From: Octopus vulgaris | Taxonomy: Eukaryota | Assembly (NCBI GenBank): GCA_951406725.2 | Contig: CATOCA020000008.1 | Location: 78,072 to 142,071, forward strand | DNA length: 64,000 bases | Reading direction: 5' to 3' | Shown: piece by piece, positions 49,072-59,751 of the stretch | How the letters are laid out: the number at the start of each line of letters is the position of its first letter | How positions within the stretch are numbered: position 1 is the first letter of the stretch | Program-made: the position numbers and the translations under genes | Notes under the pieces: generated by a model | What the model was told of the DNA's origin: nothing | Database searches by the model: none | The model's input: the letters and a program-made list of their open reading frames with translations, nothing else

Positions 49072-50497
49072 TCAAGATTCGAACAAGGTCGGTCGTTTTT
49101 TTGCGCTCTGTGGAATTCGGCTGAAAAGGGGAAGGGAACAGAGGGTGTTGTTGTTGTTGTGGAAATTTTGAGCGTCGTTGATGCGATTTCGCGTTGCACT
49201 GGTTCTGCGAGTTGCACTTTTTCTGTTCGGGCGGCCGTTTTCGGTCTGTCGGACGGAGGGAGGTGGACTTTGGTTCCCTGTCGGACTTGTCTGCGTCTGG
49301 GGAGGAGCTGGAACGGGCAGTGGGAGGGATGGATCGAGGGCTGGGTTGTACCTGTGCCGGTGTGACCAGGAGGGCGGAGGAGAGGGGGGTGGACTTGGCC
49401 GGGCTGCCGGGTTGCCAGAAGTGTGTGAGGGGGGATGGCGGTGGGGTCCGGGAGGGTGGCTCTTTTGCCTACATGTCTAGATGGAGGGATTGCACGAGTG
49501 GGGGTGGGGGGGGTGCCACCGAGCGTTGAGGCCGAGTGGATTGTGGCGGCTGTGATTGGCGGCCGCGAGGTGGAGGTGGATGTTCTCCATGCCTCGGTTG
49601 GGACCGAGGGCTGGAGAGGCGTAGCAGTGGAGCTGAGCGTGCAGGCGGGGAGCGAGGTGCTGGTGGACCTGGCGGAGGGCATCGGGTTGGGAGACGTGAT
49701 CATGAGAGTGTGGGTGGAGGGCAGAGCTCCACGTTGTTACAAGTGTGGCCTGAGGGGTCACATAAGAGCCTTCTGCCCTCCCCCAGTGAAAGAAATGGAT
49801 TCCGAACCGCAGAGAGGGAGGCCGGAGGAGAGGGAGACGGTGGAGGAGGAGAATTTACAGAAATGGAAAGAAGCTGGGAATAAGAGGAAGAGGAGAATAC
49901 GAGGAAAAGAAAATAACATAGAACACTAATCCACCCCAACACCACCCACACCCTCTGAGACCCACCCTATCCCTGCAGACAGTGAACCCACCCGCTCCCC
50001 TCCAACAAGAAAACAAAAGAAAAAAATAATACAGACAGACAAGAGTTTGAAATCGAACCCAGGCCGAACATTTATATTATGACTGAACAGAAAGAAGTGA
50101 AAAGGGTAATGGAAGAGTATAAATGGTATGAAATAGGTGAGACCAGATATACAGTGCTGGAAAAGAAGAATATAGATGAGTTTGTGTTGAGGTGTGAAAG
50201 GGAGAATTGGGAGGTGAAAGATACAAGAAAGAGCGATGAATTCGTGGAAAATATGGAGGAGTATTTCGGAGTAAGAATGGATATGGATGGTCTTCGTATT
50301 GGGAATGAACATTCAGGTGACAGTGAAAACAAAAGGACAGGTAAGTGATGCTGGCGGATGGGGCCGTTAGCATCGCTTTCATATTATCATTTTTCATTTT
50401 AATATTCATTTGCTCATAAATTTAATCATATTGTTCTATGTCCCCCATGTTTTGTTATGTAAGCCAATCTTCGTAGCCCCTGGTGGGTAATAAAGAA
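49072..50497 (+). mobile_element. Unit 9: A-related (C subtype), A-to-G hypermutated 5' half, internal deletion
   Basis: G-rich rewrite of the unit 2/3/10 sequence over ~49130-49690; 3' half near-identical to unit 10. Confidence 0.88.
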
Positions 50498-52151
50498 AGA
50501 AAGGTCGGTCGTGTTTTTTTGCGCTCTGTAAAATTCGGTTAAGGGGGAAAAAGGAACAAAAAGTGTTGTTGTTGTGGAAATTTTGAACGTCGTTGATGCG
50601 GTTTCGCGTTGCACGGGTTCTGCGAGTTACACTTTTTCTGTTCGGGCGGCCGTTTTCGGTCTGTCAGACAGAAGGAGATTGACTGTAATTCCTTATCAGA
50701 CTTGTCTGCGTCTGAGGAGAAGCTGGAGCGGGCAGTGGGAATGATGGATCGAAGGCTGGGTTGTTCCTGTGCCGGTGTAAGCAGGAGGGCGGAGGAGAGG
50801 CGGGTGGACTTGGCCGGGCTGCCGAGTTGCCGGAAATATATGAAGGGGGATGGCGGTGAGGTCGAACTGGCGCCGACACCTAAGAGAGGGGAATGGTGTG
50901 ATAGAAGGACCATTGTGTGCAGGGTGGTCGCAAACGAAAGGAAGAAGATAGAAGTTGTAAACATGGAGTGGATAGAGGAGGCGCTGAGAAGAACGGAGGA
51001 GGAAGTGAATTTTCTGACTCGAGGATAAAAGTATGGTACTGTAGTGGTACAGTTTAAAAGTGAGAATGCAGCAAGGAAGATAGCGGCGAAGGCGGTGAAA
51101 TCCGAAAAGGTAACACTTTTGCCTACGTATTTAAACAGAAAAATTACACGAGTAAGGGTCGAGGGAGTGCCACCAAACGTTGAGGCCGAGTGGATTGTGG
51201 CGGCTGTGATCAGCGGCCACGAGGAGGAAGTGGATATTCTCCATGCCTCGGTTAAGACCGAGGGCTGGAGAGGCGTAACAGTGGAACTGAACGTGCGGGC
51301 AGAGAACGAAGTACTGGTGGACCTGGCGGAAAGCATCAGATTGGGAGACGTGATCATGAGAGTGTGGGTGGAGGGCAGAGCTCCACGTTGTTACAAGTGT
51401 GGCCTGAGGGGTCACATAAGAGCCTTCTGCCCTCCCCCAGTGAAAGAAATGGATTCCGAACCGCAGAGAGGGAGGCGGAGGCCGGAGGAGAGGGAGACGG
51501 TGGAGGAGGAGAATTCACAGAAATGGAAAGAAGCTGGGAATAAGAGGAAGAGGAGAATACGAGGAAAAGAAAATAACATAGAACACCAATCCACCCCAAC
51601 ACCACCCACACCCTCTGAGACCCACCCTATCCCAGCAGACAGTGAGCCCACCCGCTCCCCTCCAACAAGAAAACAAAAGAAAAAAAATAATACAGACAGA
51701 CAAGAGTTTGAAATCGAACCCAGGCCGAGCATTTATATTATGACTGAACAGAAAGAAGTGAAAAGGGTAATGGAAGAGTATAAATGGTATGAAATAGGTG
51801 AGACCAGATATACAGTGCTGGAAAAGAAGAATATAGATGAGTTTGTGTTGAGGTGTGAAAGGGAGAATTGGGAGGTGAAAGATACAAGAATGAGCGATGA
51901 ATTCGTGGAAAATATGGAGGAGTATTTCGGAGTAAGAATGGATATGGATGGTCTTCGTATTGGGAATGAACATTCAGGTGACAGTGAAAACAAAAGGACA
52001 GGTAAGTGGTGCTAGCGGATGGGGCCGTTGGCACCGCTTTCATATATCATTTTAATAATTCATTTTTACTCATATCTATGTAATTGTGATGTTCTATGTC
52101 CCCAATGTTTGTAACGTCCCCTCTATGTAGCCCCTAGTGGGTAATAAAGAA
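50498..52151 (+). mobile_element. Unit 10: C subtype, partially A-to-G mutated, premature stop at ~51026
   Basis: ORFs 50609-51028 and 51044-52015. Confidence 0.85.
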
Positions 52152-52379
52152 TTAACTTGGAGGAAAGCTATTTGCGTTTATTGTAAGTTGATATATTTTT
52201 GCTGTCGTATTATTATCTCTGTTATTCTCTACTGTTTGTCCACCTGTTTTTGTCTTTTGCTGTCTAACTGTCGAAGTCAGCCTTCGCGCGAGGACTTCGC
52301 GTTGGTGTTCCCCCCTCCGTGGGGGAAAAATAACATTTATCTTGAAGATACCAAGGGCTTGTGAAGCCAACTGTTCGGG

Positions 52380-53740
52380 ATGGAGTCCCCCATCTCTTCT
52401 TCGCCCGTGACGAGTGAAGAGGAGTTTCCGGCGATGTCGCCAAGGAAAAAAGAGGCGGTGTCGCCAAAGAAAAAAGAGGCAATGTCGCCAAAGAAAAAGG
52501 AAAACCAAGCACCAGCACCAGCTCCAGCGAAAAAATTCTCTGAAGTGGCCGGTAAAAGGATCAAGAAAATAAACGTGGAGGATTTGGAAAAATATGCAGA
52601 CTGTGTAAAAAAAGAGGGCACGGAAGTGACAGTGGTCACAAACGTCCAAAAATACGATGAAATAGAAAAAAAAAGGATAATATATAAGACATATAACACA
52701 ACGACAAAAATGATTAAAAAAATTGAAGAAAAAAAATAGAGAACTGTCTAAAACCTTTAATGGATAAAATAACGTACATTAACAGAGGAAAGAGATACGG
52801 CACAGTGGAGGTGCGTTTTACTACTGAGGAGACTGCAAAAAAACTATCTATGGAGCCGATTAAAGCGGAGAACATTGTTCTCCTCCCCTTATATAGAGGG
52901 AAAAGAACGTTGAAAATTTCGATGAACAACATACCACCAGAGGCAGATGCCGAATGTCTGGTGGCAGCAGTGATGGTAGGCCTGGAGGAAAAAATAAACA
53001 TCCTCCAGGCCACAGTGGAGAAAGAGGAATTTTGGAAAGGGCAGAAAATAGTAATAGCCATTCAGGCGGAAGTGCAAACACTGGAGGAAATACCAGAAAC
53101 ATTAAAAATTAGTGAAGACGAGAGAATAACAGTTTTCGTGGAGGGCAGAAAGCCGAGGTGTTTCGGCTGCGGCAAGAAGGGTCATGTAAGGGCGGAATGC
53201 CAACCCCAACCCAAACCGCAGGAAGTACCTCAGCCAGGTGAAAAAGAAGATAAAGTGTCACCAGAAGCAGCGCCGGGCGGCCCAGAAGGGACGACTGAAG
53301 GTGTGGAGGTGACAAAGGCAGCAGAACCAGTGGCGGAGGAAAATAAGAGCGAGGAAAAGATAAATGAGGAGGGGTGGGCAAAAATCACCAAAAAAAAAAA
53401 AAGAAAAACGGAAACCACCCCTCCCAGAGTGAACTTAAAAAAGAAAAGGGAGTCAATGAAGTCGTATATGGCCGTTAAGGCATCAAATAACAGACTCGGA
53501 AACGTGTTGGTAGCTATGGCCAAAGTGGAGAAAATAGAGAAAAAAAACGACTTTGTAGTTTACAGAATAGGCCGGAAGGATTACGGGCGGATAAAGTCCG
53601 AATTCTTCCATGACGTAGGCCCACTTAGAATGGATGTGACATCCCCACATATATTCGAGGGCCTACGTCAGACTCCCCCACGAGGCCCTGAAAAAGAATT
53701 AAACAAAGAAGAAAAGGAGAAAACCGAACCACTGATATAA
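52380..53740 (+). pseudogene. LINE ORF1 (CCHC knuckle), frameshift in poly-A near 52735
   Basis: GKRYGTVEVRF, VFVEGRKPRCFGCGKKGHVRAEC. Confidence 0.85.
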
Positions 53741-53749
53741 AGGTAAGTA

Positions 53750-55570
53750 ATGGATTGCATTTATGTTGGTTGTTTGAATGTGCGCGGCCTGGGAGCAGGC
53801 TGGAAGCAAGGTCGCTTCCTGCATGATATCAGGTCGCGTAATTTAGATGTTATTGTTGCTACAGAAACCCGGTTAGAGGGGCCAAGAGGTCTACTCCCGC
53901 TGGCAAGGGTGGGGCACTGGTCCATTTAGACCAATCTAAAGCATTTGATAGTGTCGACCATCGTTACCTGGTATCTGCCCTGGCACAGTTCGGGCTGAGC
54001 CTTGGCTTCCTCAGGTGGATTATCCAAATTTATGATAACATCGACTCGGTAGTTCGGGTGAACGGCTTCTTGTCGAAGCCGTTCAAAATCAAGCGCTCGG
54101 TTCGTCAAGGGTGTCCGCTCTCCCCGCTTTTGTACGTGATGGCTCTTGAGCCATTACTGCGAAAACTGAGCGGCATCCCGAGACAGCCAGGTAGTGGAAA
54201 ATCAGTGTCAGCGTACGCGGATGACATCACCATCATCGTGACCGAAATGGACCACCTATGTAAAGTAGGCAAGGCCATAGAGGTTTACGAGACGGTGACA
54301 GGAGCAAAAGTTAATCGCGAAAAGTCAGTCGGCTTGCAACTCGGCACCTGGAGAGGCAAGTCGATGCCTCCTAACAGCGTCGTGAGACGTTGGACGGAGG
54401 GTCCGATTAAATTGCTAGGGGTCTGGTTCGGTCCAGACCTCCAAATAGAGAAGAATTGGGGCGAGGTAACGAGCAGGGTGGCTGCAGTAACCAAGACCTG
54501 GTCTTGGCGGTGGCTATGCCTGAAAGGGAGGGCGGAGGTGGCCAATGTGTTTATCGCATCGGTTATCACCTTCCGCCTTTCCGTCGTTCCTTGCCCTGAT
54601 TCGTGGTTGATCAAGTTGGAAAGACAGCTCTTCTACTTCTTGTGGAAGGGCGGGAAACCACTTGTGAAACGCTCTACTTGCTGTCAACAACCGTTAAAGG
54701 GTGGGCTAGGGATGCCTTGGCTGATGATGTGCAGACATGCGCTGAGGTTAAGACATCTGTGGCTCTACCTGGATGGTGAACGGGTGTGGTCTCCGCTAGC
54801 AAAACTGATGTTTCCCAAGTTCACTAGTTTCGGTGGATGGGAAACCTGGCTGAATCGTAGATCGAAACTTGGTACTTGGTACACGGAGTGTCGCAAGGCT
54901 CTCCTGCTATTTCGTCGCTCGGGCAACGCCTGCGGTGGGGGTTCCACCACATTCTTCTATAGAGGGTTGGTAGAGGCGGAATGTGAAGATACCTTGGGGA
55001 AACCCTAGGTCTCGACGATAATCAGCTGGCCAGTCTGTTCCGACGTACGTTCAAGCCGAGGACACTGGACAACTTCCAGAAGTCTCTGGCATGGCAATGC
55101 TACAGAGGAGCTCTACCTGTTCGGGATAAACTCGCAAGGCACGGTGGCCAAGACAGTCCGATATGTCCAAGATGCGGGCGGGATAGGGAAACCGTCCCGC
55201 ACGCTATTGTTCATTGTCCGGACGTGTCTGAGGTGTGGGTTTATGCCGAACAGCTGTTGTCAAGTACACGAAGAGTACAGCTGTCGACTGAGTCGATTAC
55301 AAAAATTGACCCACCGGATTTCCTCGCGAATGAAGGTAAGTTTCGTTTTCTCATTGTAGTAGCAATTGCGAAAGAGGTGATATGGAAGACGAGAATGAAA
55401 GGTCTACAGTCAGGCAAGTTCATCTCCGGCCCTGGTTTGATGAATTATTTCATCTTTCACCTGAAAAGGAAGATAGGGCTGGAGAGAATATGCCTGAGTG
55501 TATGAAGAACGATGGAAAGATGTAGCACGAAAGTTGCGAGTGAATGATACAACATAAATGTAAAACCAAA
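53750..55570 (+). pseudogene. LINE ORF2 remnant (APE start + RT C-half + terminal Cys/His motif)
   Basis: Same motifs as unit 11; out-of-frame deletion junction near 53900; stop at 55008. Confidence 0.85.
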
Positions 55571-56273
55571 CGTAACCAAAAGTATCAGTGGGTAGGCGGG
55601 GCTCGTGGAGTCCGAGCTAAACCCGCACCCACTCCACCCGTAATGTCTTCCGGTCTGTTCCATCATTCGATTTCTGTCTAATTTTTGTAATTTCATGTAA
55701 ATTTTTAAATTCGTTTTATTGTAAAAACCCATTCGTGTGTCTGACCCCATCATCAGATTGTATTGTCCCATCTATGTTCGCCCCTTGTGGGTAATAATAA
55801 AACAACATGGAGGAAAGCACCTTCGAAAAGTGTCTTGATGCGACTATGAAAGGTATCTAATCAGAGGCGGTAAATTCGCCACAATAGAAGCAAGGTTCGA
55901 GTCAACGGAGCGTGCAAGTACTCGACTCGAACTTGCAAAGTGGAAATATTTTATTATTACCTTTATATCTGGGGCGTAGGACGTCCCGGAAAAAAATTTT
56001 AAATGCCCCCCCCCAAAAAAAAAAGTAGAGGTAGGCTGGATTGTAGCCACACTTCTATACAAGATACACTTGATCGAAATTACAAGAGACGGGCTAACAA
56101 TTCCAGTCTGTTATATATTTTCAGTATTGTTATCACTAGCGATATCAAGATATAACTTTGTATTTTGTATTTTATGTGTAGATGTATATATATAGATGTA
56201 CATGTAATATGTACACATATATATACACATGCACTAGCACTTTGAGCCGGCAACGACGGGTCTTTAATGCTAG

Positions 56274-56305
<32 letters not shown>

Positions 56306-56310
56306 CCTAC

Positions 56311-56362
<52 letters not shown>

Positions 56363-56521
56363 ATGTCTGTCTGTCTGTCTATTTGTGTATGCGCGTGTGT
56401 GTATTTTCGTATACATAATCCTTCACACATATATATATGTAAGCATATCTAGTTACGTGCATATTTGTATGTTTGAGCGTTTTTTAAAGTATGTTTGTGT
56501 ATTTGTTTGTGTGTGTGTGTT

Positions 56522-56579
<58 letters not shown>

Positions 56580-57319
56580 CGTGTTTCTGTTTGTCCATAA
56601 ATGTTAAAATAAACAACAAAAACAAGCCACCTAAGGACAGTATGTGCCTCGCACCCCACCACCCGTTCACCAAATATAGATACACCATACAACCCCCACT
56701 TACACCTCTACACATACACAGACTCATTAATAAGGCAGTAATCAGAACGGAACATATTAATTGGAGAAATCAAAGAGGCAAAATATTGATATTTGATGGA
56801 AGTTGTCTGTTTTTCTCCAACAATGGACTCTGCATCAATATGACATCTTGTTTAATGAGACAAAGGGTGGCGGCGGCTGTGGCGGACGAAGATTTGATAT
56901 TAAGGGGTAGGGAGAGGATGCGGACGAAGAAGACTGAAGAGAAAAAGTTGTGGCGGAGGTGGTAACTAGAGGGAAGAAGGAATGGCGATGATGACGATGA
57001 TGGGAAGAAGAAGGAAGAGGAGGAGGGGATGAAGCTTGAAGTGAAGTGTTGAAATGATGTACTTGGTGGTGATTCTGGCGGTGGTGGTGGTGGTGGTGGT
57101 GGTGGTGGTGGTGTGGATGTGGCGGTGGGGGAGAATATTTATACGAACTTCTTTTTTGCTTTCCACTTTGTATTTATTATTTCTTTAAGTAAATCCTCCT
57201 ATAATTGTTCCTGCCTCTAACTAACCATTAGACACACACACACATCACACACACATACACACACGCACGCACACGCACGCACACGCACGCACACGCACAC
57301 ACACACACACAGACAGACA

Positions 57320-57363
<44 letters not shown>

Positions 57364-57729
57364 ACGGTTTTTGTCCGTGTTTCGTCCACTCCTACTGTAT
57401 TGGTCACCTGGAGGTTTTCGCAGTTGCAGATTCATGCCCAGGATTCCACGCGTTGAAGTGACCCAGGGACAAGGCGAGTGCCAATCGAACTTAGTCTCGC
57501 TCCCTTTCTTAAGCCCTACAACTGGCATATAACTGATACATTTCCATCCGGAAGGTTCAGGAAAGAGGAACGTGGTAGTACTGCCGTGTGAGGTTTATGG
57601 CCCCTATTAAGGATTGGGAGACTCACGAGGTGAAGAAATGTTAGTTGTAAAAGTAAGGAATAAGATCCTTTTTTTAAAATATGTTTGTGGCATGCATGGG
57701 TTGCGATGACAGTTGGGTATTGATTGATA

Positions 57730-58190
<461 letters not shown>

Positions 58191-59072
58191 TAGCGAGGGA
58201 CGATTCGATCTCTGCACAAGCAATCCCTGTGTGAGGGAGGGAGAAAGAAAGAGAGAGAGAGGGAGAAAGAAAGAGAGAGAGAGGGAGAAAGAAAGAGAGA
58301 GAAAGGTACAGAGAGATATCTGTGAGGCAGGAAGAGAAGCAGACGAATAGCCGAGTAGTGGCTAGAAGAGTTGAGGAGCGATAGAGGAACATCTTATGAA
58401 CTTCGAGGAATAAAAATGAGTGTTATTGGGTCACTGATTATCTAGAAGTCATCGCTGTGAAAATTCAGCTGACATGAGTGAAGGGAAGAATGGGTCCCAA
58501 TGGATGCAAACTGGGTTTTTGTTAGTGAATGGAAGAATGAGTTGCTTCCCGATGGAAGATTTCACTCTTCTATGTCTTAGAGGAAAGTAACTGACACAGC
58601 CAAGGTCTCCGGTTTTAAATTCTCAAATCTTAAGAAAAACAAAAGAACCAACAATATTTTAGTATAAACAGGGACACGTTAACCTCAGGGACACAGTTCT
58701 AGATTTGTGAGTTGATGAATTGAGAAGAAAAGAGGACTTACATACACTTAAGCACATACATAAATACACATCAAGGATGGTGGATGACACGCTTGGTAGA
58801 CTGGGAAAGAAAGTCATGCCAGTATTTAGTTAAATCTTTGTGTATTGTGAATTCGAATCACATAAAGTTTGACATTGAGTTTTATCTGTTTAATATTGAA
58901 GAATATGTACCAGTTAAATACTGGATCGATTTTATAGAGTGGTTCAAATATATCTTCTCTTCTCTTATGTGACGAGACCTGTTATGTAACACCCGGTTTT
59001 AGTATTCAATGCGACTGGCAAGATTGGTTATAATGGATCTTATAACAGTGTATACTTTGATTATATATACAA

Positions 59073-59119
<47 letters not shown>

Positions 59120-59126
<7 letters not shown>

Positions 59127-59330
59127 TAATCCAAACGGGAAAACAGAAAAAACAACAACACGTGGAACAATTACAGTATTATTATTATTAGGCGCTCAGG
59201 AAAATGGAAGAAGGAGGGTATGACGTTTCGAGCGGAGCTCTTCGTCGGAAACATAGGAGAAAGAAAGATCCCGAGACGGGAGGACAGAGGAAAAAAAAAT
59301 TGCAGGTAGTCTTCACGAGGTCACATACTG
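59120..59330 (-). repeat. Probable PLE terminal-repeat remnant with a hammerhead-like variant
   Basis: Minus strand CCGACGAA-GAGC-TCC-GCTC-GAAACGTCA (59221-59248) beside (TA)n. Confidence 0.4.
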
Positions 59331-59751
59331 AATATATACAACTCCCGAATGGGCTGGTGAATTTCTATTTTGGATATATTTGGTGTACTTAATTGTGCTC
59401 ATGATTTAGTGTATGCTTCTTCCATGGATATAAGTATTTTATTTATTTCATTTATCACTGACGAAGAAAAGGTTCTTATGAATTAACTCTAAAATCGGGT
59501 CCGATATGATAATAACGAAATTTTTTAGAAATTTCTGTCGGTTCTCTTCGAGACACGTGCTTATAGTGATGAATTATATGGTTATGGACGATGTGTCTAG
59601 TTTCGGCATATTTGGCATTAGAAATATTTTTTTCTTTTGCACTTGTTTATAAGTTGTTTACCAATTTAACCTTTAAAGGTATTTTTTAATATGCTGGCCA
59701 TTGATAAATCTTTTTTCGAAAACTTTTATCCTATATTATATATATATAAAT

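Larger units (their letters stand above)
36209..55802 (+). mobile_element. Head-to-tail array of ten ORF1-only retroelements plus one deleted Tx1/L1-like LINE
   Basis: Eleven units, each with a homologous CCHC-knuckle ORF and a CCC..GTGGGTAATAA tail (ending ~37875, 39627, 41207, 42934, 44607, 46266, 47373, 49071, 50497, 52151, 55802). Confidence 0.92.
52169..55802 (+). mobile_element. Unit 11: Tx1/L1-clade-like LINE with internal ORF2 deletion
   Basis: ORF1 52380-53740; ORF2 from 53750 (LNVRGL, ATETRL) fused to LDQSKAFDSVDH, VRQGCPLSP, AYADD, GGLG, CPRC..ETVPHAIVHC; same tail; flanking near-repeat AAC(T/A)TGGAGGAAAGC. Confidence 0.88.

Noticed and set aside
49130-49690. G-rich tract as APOBEC-type change or random sequencing error
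   Set aside because: The direction is A to G on the sense strand with A ancestral; it is substitution-specific and bounded, unlike indel-type read error.
38176-51993. Recurrent antisense ORFs across the array units
   Set aside because: Shadows of the purine-rich sense ORF, repeated because the units are repeated.
36209-52151. Array read as a tandem host gene family (ZCCHC-like) or as LTR gag genes
   Set aside because: No introns, LTRs or PBS; each unit has a LINE-type tail and is homologous to ORF1 of the adjacent LINE. Domestication cannot be excluded.
56232-56276. Helitron-like 3' end (CCGGCAACGACGGG..TGCTAG) possibly pairing with 35740-36200 around the array
   Set aside because: No clear matching 5' end; the link across the array is unsupported.
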